A stretch of DNA of 63,227 bases, filler included, from Diploschistes diacapsis (GCA_023645945.1; 18 parts of 18 records of this genome joined end to end with filler, not necessarily neighbours in it), one strand, 5' to 3'. Counted from the first letter of the whole stretch, positions 36,968 to 49,711 are shown. The notes: a model not told the origin generated them from the sequence alone. Numbers and translations: made by a program.

Positions 36968-36987
36968 GGAAGCTTCCGGAAGCTTCT
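36968..36987. promoter_or_regulatory. Perfect four-unit heat-shock element (HSE)
   Basis: gGAAgcTTCcgGAAgcTTCt matches nGAAnnTTCnnGAAnnTTCn, about 220 bp upstream of the Hsp40 ATG. Confidence 0.85.
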
Positions 36988-37203
36988 ACGTCACAAGTAT
37001 AGTAATGTTTTAGTGGGGCTGCTTATCTGGGCTGGGCAGAGATGAGAAACTTGAATTGACTCTGCGATAAACATCCACGGGCTCAATTGAACATCTCTAG
37101 CCTAATAAACAACACTTCACAGCGCTCACTTTGATATCACTTCCATCTCGTGCAACCGTAGTATTTTTTCACGCTCTCGCTTACTAGGTTGCTCGCGCAA
37201 ATC

Positions 37204-38389
37204 ATGGTTGCTGAGACAAAGCTCTATGATGCACTGGGTATACAGCCCTCTGCTCAGCAAGATGACATCAAAAAAGCCTACCGGTTAGTCTCCCAGTACC
37301 TAGCTGAATTACAGCTAACAGCCACTGCAGGAAAATGGCCTTAAAGTGGCATCCCGACAAGAACCAGGACAGTCCAAACGCGGCTGAGAAATTCAAAGAA
37401 GTCTCACAGGCATATGAAATCCTATCCGACCCTGAGAAGAGAAAAGTATACGATCAATTTGGCCTTGATTTCTTGCTACGCGGCGGAGCGGAAGCACCCC
37501 CCCAAGGCGGAGAAGGCCCCGGCGGTATGCCTTTCGAAGCTGGCGGAATGCCTGGAGGATTTAATTTTGGAGGCATGCCCGGTGGAGGAAGGTCTTTCCA
37601 CTTCTCAACTGGAGGTGGACCTGGCGGGTTCCACTTTAGTGACGCCAACGATATCTTCTCCCAGTTCTTCAAGGGTGGGGGTGCTGGTCTGGGTGACGAT
37701 GACGATGTATTCGCCCAGTTCAGCGGTGGCGGACGTCCCGGAGGTTTTGGCGGACGGACACCGAGTTCGCGTTTCCGAGAACCGAAGAGAGCTGCGACGC
37801 CCGAAGTGACAACCGTAGAAAGAAATTTACCCGTCACGCTCGAACAATTGTTCAAAGGCATTACGAAGAAAATGAAGATCCAAAGAAAGAGGTTCGACGA
37901 CCAAACTGGCAAGAGAAGGATCGAAGACAAGATACTGGACGTGGAAATAAAACCTGGGTACAAAGCTGGCACCAAGATCAAGTACAAAGGATTCGGCGAT
38001 CAAGAGGAAGGTGGGACTCAAGACCTACATTTCGTAGTTACGGAGGTAATGGAGCCAAATCGACCCTGTTCATTCAACACGCTAACTGCGAACAGAAAGG
38101 CCATCCTTACTATAAGCGCGAAGGCGACAACTTACGACGCATCGTGGAGATATCTCTCAAGGAGGCACTCACTGGCTGGAAACAAACTGTTGAAACAATC
38201 GATGGCAAGCAGATCACCGTCACCAGCGGCACCCCTACCCAGCCAGGTCATGTGATTCCTTACCCAGAGCTGGGAATGCCAAAGAGCAAAAAGCCGAACG
38301 AACGGGGAGACATGCTTGTCGAAGTGAAGGTCAAGTTCCCAACCTCTCTTACCCCACAGCAGCGACAGCAGCTGAGCCAAATATTGTAA
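37204..38389 (+). CDS. SIS1: Type II Hsp40/DnaJ co-chaperone (Sis1/Psi1)
   Basis: [12 protein letters not shown]...[10 protein letters not shown]-domain, G/F-rich linker and C-terminal domain. Two introns (about 37284-37330 and 38046-38095). Confidence 0.95.
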
Positions 38390-38862
38390 GGTGGTGGGTC
38401 AGGGGTACGACAGACAGTTTCTTTGTTTTTTTGTAGCATATGCAAGCGAGGAGTTGGACTTTCCATCTCTGGGGCAACGTGGACTGCATGTTGATAGCGC
38501 TTCAGGATTTGTTTTTATTACGATAGGCGTTCACGAAGGCCTTGAATGTTGCTGTCCATTAACTGGCAATGTGAATCATTTTCCCTACTTGCTTGAAACG
38601 TATTGAAAAGTAAACCAATCCTGTTTCCAATATATTATACGGATAACTTAAAGGGCCTTTGTACACTATCTCCGTTACCACCGTTACCACCGAGTAACAT
38701 CGTCATGCGTACCTTGTTTCTGTATGGCTACCTCTTCCAGTTCGAGCTCGCTTCTATCCAACACACTTCTACTACTTTGCTTGATACTAGAATGTTATTA
38801 TCAAATTCTGCTCGTGACGAGTCAAATACCTAGCAAAGCCTGCGTAAATAGCCATAGCAGTC

Positions 38863-40122
38863 ATGCCCCGTGCAGAGGTCGGCTCGACGAAATATGTAGC
38901 GAATCGCATGAAGGCCAAAGGCCTCCAAAGGCTCAGATGGTATTGGTAAGGAATCACTCTACTCTGAGCACTAGACTTCTTATCTGACCAGCTTACAGCC
39001 AAGTTTGCGAGAGACAGATGCGAGATGCCAACGGCTTCAAACAAGTAGAGTTGAATCTTGGGCCAACAGGTTGCGCTCAGCCATTCAGAAACTGATATCT
39101 TGCTCCAGCACACCCTTTCGGAAGGCCATATGCGAGCCATACTGGTGGTGGGGGAAAACGCGCACAAGCATGTCGCCGACTTTACCAAATCCTTTATGCA
39201 CGACTTCCTACACCTCCTTAAGACAGCACATGGTACGAAAGTGAGTTTCGCTTCAGAGACACAGTCGGTCTGCGAGTTTTCTATGCTAATTTCACAGTCC
39301 ATCAATGCAAACCACTTTTATCAGGAATACATTGCCAATAAGGGTGATTACTATTCCCTTCAATGATACATCTCCTTCAGCTCGTTACGATACTAATCGA
39401 TCGTAGAGCATATACACATGAATTCGACGAGGTTTGCCTCGCTGTCGGAATTTGTAAAGCATTTGGGAAGAGAGGGCATATGCAGGGTGGAAGAGGGGGA
39501 CAGAGGATTGATGATAGCGTGGATTGACAATAGCCCCGAGGCGCTTAGGAGACAGGACGCGCTGAGAAGGAAAGAGAGGCAGGATAGAGGCGACGAGGAA
39601 AGGGAGCAGAGAATGATTGCGGAACAGGTGGAGAGAGCGAGGAAGGGTGCGGAGGAGAAAGGGGACGGTGATGAAGAGGTGGATGAGGAAGAGGCGAATA
39701 TATTGCAAAGGGAAGAAGGCCAGAAAATCAAGCTGGATTTTGGCGCCAGAAAGGAGAAGGAGAAGGAAGACGTACAGCCGCAAGCGACACCAGAAGACCC
39801 CACGCAACCGCTAACCTCGAAGACTGAAGCGCCGAGCCCTTCTTCAGCGCCCCCAGAACCCTTTGAAATCTTCTCGGCATCTCCCCTGCCAAACGAGAAA
39901 CCTAAAGTCTCGCTCTCCATGTCCACCAACAAACCCAAAAACGTCTTCAACGCGGGCGCGAAAAAGAATGCGCTGGGCAGCGCTAAGCCAGCAGTGAAAC
40001 CGACACAGCAGAGACCAATGAGCGAGGCGGAACGTATAATGAAGGAAGAGATTGAACGCAAACGGAAGAGAGGAAACACAGGGTTTGGTGGATGGGCAAA
40101 GAAGACGAAGGATCTGAGCTAA
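38863..40122 (+). CDS. RTS2: KIN17/Rts2 zinc-finger DNA/RNA-binding protein, multi-exon
   Basis: MPRAEVGSTKYVANRMKAKGLQRLRWYC, CERQMRDANGFK, HTLSEGHMR, INANHFYQEYI and HMNSTRFASLSEFVKHLGREG. Confidence 0.93.
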
Positions 40123-40411
40123 AATAACCTCACGCATTAAGGGAAGTTTTGGCCTCTTCAGGGTAGAGAAGATGAAAAGGCCGAAGTGTTGTGACGGCCG
40201 CCTGGGCTTCATGGGCATATGGCATGTGAGGCACGCATCAACGAGTCTGGATTTGAGTGCGCCACTTAGCGAGGCGTTTTTGGCAACATTGTGTTTATTT
40301 ACAGCGTTCGAGATACCCACCCATCAATCCAATCCTACACTTGACTCGAGCACGAACATTTGAACACGCAAACTCCCACGCCTTCCCTCCTTAATGCACG
40401 ACTTGCAGCAC

Positions 40412-42134
40412 CTACTCGCTCTCTTCCTTCGAGCCTCCTTTGTCCGCCTTCCTCTTCTCCTTCTTCTCCTTCTTTTCCTTTTTCCTCCTCTTCCTCTCCG
40501 CTCTGTCCTCTTCAGTCTCGCCCTCGTGCTTTTTGCGCTTCTTCTCCTTGCCGTCAACCTCTGCACTAGGTAGCGCCGTAGCAGCACTAACGGCCGCTTC
40601 CGCAATAGCTTCGCCGCCGTCGACTGGAGGGATGGGCGGTGCGGTTGCCACGTCATTCGAGGAGGTCTGCTCTTTGACGGGGATGGATTCCACGGCGGCA
40701 GAAGTAGCAGCGTTGGCGGTGTCTGTGCGATTGAAGTCTGTGTACCCGTCTTGCCACTTGGCAGGCGTGTTCTCGTTGGGGCGGCCGTATTTCTGCAATC
40801 ACTGCATCAGCCACAACCTGACTCGGTAAGAGGGGCAATTTCTCAGGCGGAAGCTCACATCAAGCTTCCCATCCGACTTGAGCTTCTTCTTCTCCACGGC
40901 CACTGGTCCCAGGCCCCAGCGACGGGGGTATAGGTCACGTTCCATGATGCACCGCTTCACTTTCGCAACGACGCCGTGATCGCAGCTCGAAAGCTCGACG
41001 GTGGACATTTGAGCTATACCAAGAGCGATGGCTTCGCCTTTGGTGGTCATCAGGACGACCTCCTCATGAATCTCGATGCCTTCCTCTGCGCCAAGCATCA
41101 GCTAACTGCAACTGTCAGATACTGAGGGAACGGCATACCATATCGTAGTAAACCGGGAATCATGAGCTTCGCTCCATAGCATACTGCGTTTACGGCCGAG
41201 TCCTTCACCACAATGCGCTTGTACGTCGTTAGTAGACTTTCCAGTGGCCGTATAACCTTCCTCAGATACGCCTCGTCGCGTGTATTGTCCATCATCCACT
41301 GCGCGTCCAGCACATCGTGCAGTGTCACCATGCCATCTTTCTCATCCATCGCTCCGCTCCTTACCCTCCTCAGCTCCTGCATGTGCGCGCCCACGCCCAG
41401 TAGCAACCCCAGATGGACGCATAGCGTTCGGATGTACGTCCCCGCCTCACAGCTCACCCAGAACACGCCCAGATGCCGGTCGTTGTCAAACTCGAGCAGT
41501 TTACTTTCGTATATCGTCCGGATCCGCAGTTGCCGCTTGACGGCCGAGATCAGGGGGGGTCGCTGGAACAGAGCGCCCGTCAAAGTCTCGATTGCGCGCG
41601 CGAGCTGCGCTTCGCCGCCTGGAAGCTTGTCATGTAGCCTGATCACACAGACATACTCTTTTCCAGCTCCTTGCTGAGACTTGACCAGACGGGTTGCGCG
41701 GTCGAGGCAGACGATGAGACAGCCCGTAACTTTTGGGTCAAGGGTTCCGCTGTGGCCTGTTTTCTCGATCCTATAGACTTTAAGCACATGTGTAATCAGT
41801 CACGGAAGAACTCATACCTCAGCATTCGTTTTACCCATGCCACTACCTCGTGACTGGACGGATTGGAGGGCTTGTCCAAGTTTATCACGCCGGAGCTAAT
41901 ATACTGTTTGAGGTCCCGCTTGAGGGGCGTGCAACCGCACGGTATCGGAGTAAAGTGGCCCGTACGGACGAGTACTAAGTTCATTCAGCATATGAACGAA
42001 AATAGCGTTGTAAGAAGCCTACGCTTGTCGTAGCCTTTTAGTAGAAGCGGCCATTTATTCGTGTCTAGAGCTGGCGTTGCGGCTTCTGGCTTGATGGCAT
42101 AGTCCGCTTCGTCGTTTGCAAGTACCATTGCCAT
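40412..42134 (-). CDS. CBF5: H/ACA snoRNP pseudouridine synthase Cbf5/dyskerin, multi-exon
   Basis: [33 protein letters not shown], a PUA domain ([25 protein letters not shown]) and a KKE-rich tail. Confidence 0.97.
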
Positions 42135-42438
42135 GCTGGCGAATTGGGTGATTTGTGCTTGCTTGTTGCTGCTGGTGTGAGGTCAAGATTCGTGCTTTCG
42201 CTACATGCTTCACGGTTGTGTGGGTATCGTATCACATAGCTTCGAAAATTTTAGCGCCCTGCACGGTGCGGAGCTGCTCCGTAAGAGGTGAAGGAAGCTC
42301 GGTTAGCCCTACGGCCCACTAAGCCATACATCGAGGGCTCTGGATGAAGGCTACAAAAGGCGATCCATTAAGAGATAGACATTTATTCATACAGCGTTAT
42401 GCTACGATAGAATTACAGAAGGAATGTCTTATACAACG

Positions 42439-43702
42439 TTAATCGCCCCCAAGTCTTCTGCCTTGACCCCTTTCACGCCAGTTGTTCCCACTACTGACTG
42501 CGCTTGTAGATGAAGATGATGATGTTCCCTGCTTGGGCCGAATCGCAGTCCCATGACCCTTGACAGTCACTCGCCCTGCCCCATGCGCATTTTCAAACCA
42601 GCCTGTGACGAACTGGGGGGTCTTCAAAATGTTGATACCGCCACCATGCTCTGGCCAGTACCGCGTGAGAAAATCATAAAGATGTGCTGCCGGGATTCCT
42701 AGTGCCTCTTCAAACATCTTTTCTGGGCCCATTTGTACAAAAGTCAAGAACAGCATGGCGTATGGCAAGTACTTGACTTCGATGTTGATGACGAAGAGTG
42801 ACACTTGAATTCCGCGGTTGTCTTGGGCATACGTATATGCAAGGGCCATTACTAAAGCTGTATGCTTATCAGATCCAATGGCTCGCTACAGAGTAGGTGA
42901 CCTACTGCTTGTGAAAACAGAGCCACCGAAGATCATCGTGTTCAGGGCCTATAAATGTCAGTAGCCAATTGCAACCTAGTCGCTGTAGAAGATAGGAAAG
43001 AAAATCTATGATGTAGGGAGCCATAATCGTCCAACGCAGATTTCGAAGCTAACGTGGGCATTCTTATTTGACATTCCCACCACTCTCACACCGCACACCA
43101 GCCCAAGAAGGTTTGAATGCGAACGTGGACCAGCGCGAGATGCAAGGGTAATCTTCCTCGTTTCCAGGAACCGTGACAGGTATATGATCCAGTACGGGCA
43201 GATTATACGAGGTGAGAGCTAAAGAGCAGGCGAATGGAAGTGAGGCAATGAAAACAATATAGAAAGCCGAGCTGCAGGGACTCACAACAATGACCGAGCC
43301 CACAAAAAGAATATATATAAGAAAAGTGCCGCTGTCAAAGCGGGACGAGCCCTTTTCTAGAGACTTCCCATAGTTCCATACTAGTGCTCGTTAACCTTTC
43401 AGATTTCCATCTTTCCAGGAGACAGACATACTACAATACGGAACAAAAACGATTCCAATACCGCGTGTTAAGCAAAATGATGTCGCAAAACGCCAAATTT
43501 CTGGTAAAGCTTTAAGAATGAGTGGCCAAGCGAAAAGCAGTCGCTCAGGGCTAATAGCTCGAGCGGTGACCAAGGACGACTCGACGAAAACGGCTGCGGC
43601 GAGCGTCCTAGTTCTTCAGTTAGAGATGTGTCTAATGATAGAAAGTCCGTAGCCTTACCTTGTTACGGGCGGCGCTGCCCAGAATTGATCCACTAAAGAC
43701 AT
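42439..43702 (-). CDS. Derlin-family ERAD membrane protein (Dfm1/Der1-like) with C-terminal SHP-box-like motif
   Basis: MSLVDQFWAAPPVTR, PEIWRFATSF, ALAYTYAQDNRG, KYLPYAML, AAHLYDFLTRYWP and WRERGQGRRLGG. Four introns, one unusually long. Confidence 0.9.
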
Positions 43703-44269
43703 TGTTAACAGGAGATGCAACTTGAAGTTGTAGTGCGGAGGAAAATTGAAGAAGAAGACAGACTTAAGCCACAACCGAAGAGAATTGGTGTAAGTTTCTG
43801 ATTGGCTAAACGGCATTGCGGACAGTGTTTGATTATGTAAAGTAGAATCTCGACTTCATCGATACATTTTTTCCCCTGAAGCTACTTCTCAAAGAATTTC
43901 TTAACAGGTATGATACAACCGTTGGCATAAGGGATTTTATAAGCGCTGCATTTATAGGGAATCACGATGGAAGCGTCTTGAGGACGTCATGCTCGCCGAT
44001 TTGGACTGATCTGAGGCTCTACAGCGCAGCGCATGGATTTTCAATCTTTACTGGGAAGTGCGTTCCATTGCGTACAATAATATTAATTGACGTTCCCTCT
44101 ACTGCACAGTCCTATTTCAAAGTAGACTGGTGGAATTTTGTGTTTGATGGCTATATATGTTGTTTTCGTTCTCTCACAGTGGTTTAACTTATCCTATCCA
44201 AATTACCTTCAAAACAACCAGGCCAGCAAGGGAAAGCAAATTAACTTCATATACCTACAAACCGTTACC

Positions 44270-45010
44270 ATGCCTCGTGACTTTTGGACTTACCCTCCAG
44301 ACGAGCTCCGCCATGTTCGAGATCAAATCAATGCCGGCAAGCGTACGAGTTACGGTCCGCCCTCTACATCCCAAGCCAATGCCTTTCTGGGCCAAGACCT
44401 TGAAATGACCCCTTTGGACCAGACGCATGATCGCAATCGAAGGGGTAATACCTGGCCATTCTTCAAACCCGATTCGAGCCTCTCATCCTTTCCATTGCAT
44501 CTCCCACCCCGTCAGATCTGCGAATGCACGCCATTAACCATGGAGACACCTATGCGCTTTTGCAAATGCCGCTGTCACACTGGCGGTCGGGGTACTCGAC
44601 GTTTCTCGCGGCTCCTGTTGCATGATAGCATCAAGCCGCTCTTCTACATCGCACTGGTTTCAGTATTGGTCAGCTTCTTTACCTTTGCACCTACTGTTGC
44701 GCTATTCCCCCTCATAATTATCCAGAAGTGGTCCCGAGTCTTTACACTGATCTTCGTCACCATGTGGGTAGTCCTCAACTCGGGGTTCCTGGGTTTGACC
44801 CTAATGAAAAGGGGCTCGTGGCTTCGAAAGGGATTGAAACTGACGATTGCTGCCAACTGTCTTTCAATGCTCTGGTTTATGGTCCTAATCACGGCCCTAG
44901 GGACGACTTGGTGGAAGGATATGATGGTGAATGGTCTTAATAAGCATTCAGAAAGCTACCATCGTCTTCCCAAGGAGCATGGGCCAATTGTCATGCCTCA
45001 TCGACCATAG
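44270..45010 (+). CDS. Hypothetical membrane protein (about 246 aa, Cys-rich motif then three predicted TM helices)
   Basis: Open frame with CEC...CKCRCH followed by three hydrophobic segments. No family recognised. Confidence 0.6.
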   Translation: MPRDFWTYPPDELRHVRDQINAGKRTSYGPPSTSQANAFLGQDLEMTPLDQTHDRNRRGNTWPFFKPDSSLSSFPLHLPPRQICECTPLTMETPMRFCKCRCHTGGRGTRRFSRLLLHDSIKPLFYIALVSVLVSFFTFAPTVALFPLIIIQKWSRVFTLIFVTMWVVLNSGFLGLTLMKRGSWLRKGLKLTIAANCLSMLWFMVLITALGTTWWKDMMVNGLNKHSESYHRLPKEHGPIVMPHRP

Positions 45011-45625
45011 ACTTATGGTTTCCGAAGTGTTCATTGCGACCTTGATATTGTTGAAAAAGGTGGAGAGGCTACCGCGCCGCTAGCTCATTAGCAATATCAA
45101 TATCACGCTACCCTACTAGAAGAAAACCAGTCTCCACAGCTTCCCCATATTTTCTGACGACCTCCGAGTAGGTACCATGCAAGAAATGTGTGTATGCATG
45201 CTTTAACGTGGGTGTGGAACCATAGTCAACATTTTAGAAGAAGCCAAAGTGCAGAATGTACCTTTTGACCATCCAGGTATAATGCTCGAAACGGGGGACC
45301 ACTACCCATCGGACACGTTAGGGATACGTGGATCCCCTTTGGTCCAGAAGAAGAAGTGGGTACACTGGGCGAGGCCAAACTTCCTAGAGCAAGATGCCTA
45401 GAAAGTAGAAACTTAAGCATTCAGTCTCCTCCACCACATTGTCGTTCGTACCATGGCGACCTGCCGTCTGATTCTCATTTGTTCCTGAGCTAGCGCGCAA
45501 AGACCTGCAATATGATATGAGAGCCCTTGCTCTAGGATTTCTACTATGTTCTCCTCTTGCAGCTGCTGCTATAGCTGAACTGCCTCGATTGTTGTGGCAG
45601 ATCGTCAGTGGTGACCGTTGGGAGG

Positions 45626-46904
45626 ATGGCTGACAATCGAGGGCCTCGGCTTCTAGCTGTGTACTTGTAACGACAGCAAGCGTCACAACGGGTCTATAAT
45701 GTCACACACGAAGCGTACTGATGAAGTCGACATTTGGGCTTGAGGACTGGCTCATGGTCGCGGCTACGGTACGTCTGAAATTTTGGGCGCATACAACACG
45801 CTGACTGCTCTGCGTAGCTTAGCCATATTATGTTCGCGACATGTGCCACTGCTGGAATCCTTTATGGTACTGGAAGGCATCTCGCTGATTGGTGGCTTTG
45901 TTACGTGGGTTCGAGACCTCCTGGAACTCCATCTCAAGCAGCATTGGAAGTAGTATCTCTCAGCATACAGCGTCACCATGTTCACGGTCAAGCTTTCCAT
46001 CGGCCTGCTACTCTTACGACTCACCATCAACAAAGTACATATTTGGATCCTCTATACTGCTATGCTCTCGACTACGTTGATGAGCATTGAGTTCTTCTCT
46101 GTTTCGGTCTTTCAATGTCATGCAGTCTCTTATTTTTGGATCAAAGCACAGCTAGGTTCTATATTAACGTGAATGTTATCATGGGGTTGGCCTACCTCTA
46201 CAGTGTCATCAACACGATCACCGATTTCACTTTTGGGCTTCTTCCCATAGCTATGACATAACATGGATCGAAAGACAAAGTGTTTGCTAGCGCCAATCCT
46301 CGGTATGGGCTGCATGTGAGTCTTTCATCCTACTAAACCTATGTAACGGGAACTCCGTGTCGCTGAGCCATTGATAGTGCGAGCTTTGCAATACTTGTCC
46401 GTATGGCATGCATTCGCCGACCCTGATTTTTCTATGTAAGTTAACGTACACACTTTGCAACAGCCTTTCCCTCTTCGCAAGCAACGCCGCTGAACAAGAT
46501 AGGGGTTACAGTCGACATCGCCATCTGGACTGATATTAGAACAAGGCTTGGCCATCACGGCCGGCAGTCTGGCTACGTTGCGTCCACTCTTCCGGGCGCC
46601 AAGCCACACCCTTGGTTTCAGTAGCACAAAACCCTCCCATCGCCTTCCAGACGAAAGGCCTTATCCAAGCAAGATACGCAAGAAGGCTCCCGGTCCCTTT
46701 AGTCCAGTCACCTTCGCAACCAATTACCACGAACAGGGCGATCGCGATACGCGGACTGACGATATTAAGATGTTTGAAGCTCGGGACGGAGCTGTCGACA
46801 GTCGGAGCCTCTCAATAATGCTGGGCAGGGATGGGGCAGAAACGTCTTTCATTTGCATCGACCAGGAAACATGGGGATGTTCAGGAATGCGAAGTTTGAA
46901 ATAA
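45626..46904 (+). pseudogene. PTH11-like (rhodopsin-domain) integral membrane protein pseudogene
   Basis: Fragments MADNRGP, FGLEDWLM, YGTGRH, KLSIGLLLLRL, FQC...YFW, TDFTFGLLP, ILGMGC and EQGLAITAGSLATLRPLFR are spread over shifting frames with in-frame stops. Confidence 0.8.
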
Positions 46905-47308
46905 CGGCAAAGGAGACGAAAGGCAGTGTAGTCTTCAAGGAAGAGAAGACAAATATAAGGCAGGGTATGAGGAAGTATAGGAGCAGATCAGCCTCAGGGG
47001 AAGAGCCTGGAACGAAAGAATAGCAGGCGGGGTAGCATTCGTTATCAGTCATTCTCTATTTACAGTCGTAAGATACAGTTTCTGCATCTATGAAATGCAC
47101 AAACATGGGGCATGGGCCACGCAAAATCTCACAGTAGAGCACTATCCAAAGCACAGGCTTTTCTCCAAATTATCCTCGATATTGTGACTTTCACCAAACC
47201 TTTGCTTGATTATGGCACCATCTGCACCATCTTCCTGAGGTTTTTTTTAGGGGGGGGGGGGGGTTGACCCAGTTGCAGATAACGCCATTTAGTCAAGCGG
47301 TCTCGGAC

Positions 47309-48045
47309 ATGGGAAAAGCAAAGAAGGTCAGAAAATTGCAAAGCGCGCACCGGCAGCACCATCTCAATAGCAGGAACGCCGTTGGCGCCAAACCCGGCAA
47401 AGCAGCCACTTCCAAAGCCAGCTCGACCTCCACGTTCAACCCCAAATCCAAGCCCAAGCCGCCATCCACCCCGCTCCCGCTCTCCCCGTCCTCGAAGATC
47501 CTCCTCTGCGGCGAGGGCTCCTTCACCTTCTCGCTCTCGCTGGCCACGCACCACGGCTGCACGCGGCTGACCGCGACGACGCTGGAAACGGGCGGGTCGC
47601 TCGCGGCCAAGCACCCGTCGGCGGGCGCGGCGACCATCCCCGCGCTGCTGGCGGCCAGCCCGCACAACCGCGTGCTGTACGGCATCGACGCGACGAGGCT
47701 CGGCCTGCCGCACGTGCCGTGCGCGGCGCCGATCTTCCGGGCCCGCGGCACCTACGACGCCGTCTGGTTCAACTTCCCGCACGTCGGCGGCCGCTCGACC
47801 GACGTCAACCGCCAGGTGCGCGCCAACCAGGCGCTCGTCGTCGCCTTCCTCGAGGGCTGTCTGCGCGTGCTGCGGCCCGGCGGGAAGGCGGTCGTGAGCC
47901 TGTTCCAGGGCATGCCGTATGAGCTTTGGGGGGTGCGGAATCTGGCCAGGCATGTCGGCCTGAAGGTGGAGAGGAGTGGCCGGTTCGAGTGGGAGCGTTT
48001 TCCGGGGTATAGGCATGCCAGGACTTTGGGGGAGCTGGATGGGGG
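47309..48045 (+). CDS. BMT5: 25S rRNA uridine-N3 methyltransferase (DUF2431), 3'-truncated by contig end
   Basis: ILLCGEGSFTFSLSL, YGIDATRL, WFNFPHVGGRSTDVNRQVRANQ, PYELWGVRNLARH and FPGYRHARTLG. Confidence 0.92.
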
Positions 48046-48149
48046 NNNNNNNNNNNNNNNNNNNNNNNNNNNNNNNNNNNNNNNNNNNNTTAATTAATTA
48101 ANNNNNNNNNNNNNNNNNNNNNNNNNNNNNNNNNNNNNNNNNNNNGTAT

Positions 48150-48690
48150 AATACCCGTTATTAACGCAGTAAACTCCGGTATATCTGGTTTAATAAATTC
48201 AGGTTTAATCCTTCTTCTTAAAACCTCAACCCGTAAAAACCTTCTTATTAACTATCGGCTATTATTATCTAACTCGGGTTAATCACAAGGAGCGGGAACA
48301 GAAACCTTTAGAATGCTGTGATCCTTAGTAGGAATAGATAATAAAGATTTAGTATAATTCAACTAACCCTTCGCCTTTATCGTTGATACGTTTTTGGCGT
48401 GCGTAATTAACCCCTTATTAACGTAGTAAGTTCCGATACATCTAGTTCAATAAATTCAGATTCAGTCCTTCTTCTTAAAACCTTAACCCGCAAGAACCTC
48501 TTTATTAACTATCGGTCATCATTATCTGGCTCGGGTTAATCACAAGGAACGGGAACAAAAATTCCTAAGATGTTGTGATCCTTAGTAAGAATAGATAGTG
48601 AAGGTTCAGTATAATTCAACTAAACTTTTATTTTTGTCGTTGATACGTCTTTGGCGTGCGTAACTGACCCGTCGTTAACGTAAATAATTA
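48150..48690. repeat. 257-bp tandem duplication (two units plus the start of a third), RIP-diverged
   Basis: Matching registers at 48164, 48421 and 48678. Differences between units are mostly C/T and G/A. Confidence 0.85.
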
Positions 48691-48905
48691 ACCCGTCGTT
48701 AATATTTTTAATACCAGATACTAGATCGTTAATTAGACGTCCCGATAATTTTCGAATAAATATTATATTATCGTCCTTTTTATAACTTTTAGATAGTTTT
48801 AATTTTTAAAGGATAAACGTTTTATCCTCTTTAAACTTAATTGAACTAATCTTAATAATCTTTTAAATATCGGGTACTTAAATCTTATACTGTTTATCGA
48901 TATTG

Positions 48906-49359
48906 TGTTATGATCTCTATCTATACAAGGTATACACGAGTAGGATCAAGGTGGGTTTGGTCTCTGTTAGAAAAGGAATGTGACAGAAGAAGAAGATAAA
49001 ACAGTTATAGGCCTTAGACTATTTCTAGAAAGAAGGCTTTAAAATAATAAAAATAACGAATATAGATTGATCCCGAGTAATAACTTAAAATATTTATGAA
49101 AATGAACACGCCCTAGACTTATAAAGGTTATGGCGACGTTTTTATATAACTAACGGCTCCTTTAATAGAATAAATGTATAGATAGATAAAATTACCGTTC
49201 TTTTTTTTTATTTACGATTAAATAGAATGATTTTTTAAATTTTTTATTTATTACGTGACCCGTGTTACCCTGATTAGACTATATATAAGGAATAATTAGG
49301 AAATACCCGACTAATTATTGCGTGTTAAGTATTATCGAATAGTATTTTAGATCGTAATA
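48906..49359 (-). mobile_element. Family C LTR (reverse orientation)
   Basis: TGTTATGATCTCTATC...GATCGTAATA, the reverse complement of the family C LTR. No clean TSD seen. Confidence 0.8.
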
Positions 49360-49527
49360 TTATCTTTTTCTTTCAATCTTGTCGACCCGATAAATATCGA
49401 AGGATTAATATAAATATTAAATAAAAGNNNNNNNNNNNNNNNNNNNNNNNNNNNNNNNNNNNNNNNNNNNNTTAATTAATTAANNNNNNNNNNNNNNNNN
49501 NNNNNNNNNNNNNNNNNNNNNNNNNNN

Positions 49528-49711
49528 CAATAAAAGCACGAACACGAACATTACGACTAAAAATTTTAAAACACGGACATTTTTACGGATATTATACTAC
49601 AATAAAAGCACGAACACGAACATTACGACTAAAAATTTTAAAACACGGACACTATTACGGCCGTATCCGTGCCACGGATACGGCCGTGTCAGTATCCGTG
49701 ACGGCCAGCCT
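49528..49711. mobile_element. Family A element end
   Basis: Repeat array ending GTGACGGCCAGCCTA. Confidence 0.7.

Noticed and set aside
37204..48045. SIS1-RTS2-CBF5-derlin-BMT5 as a novel functional cluster
   Set aside because: These are ordinary conserved housekeeping genes of mixed function with no evidence of co-regulation beyond proximity.
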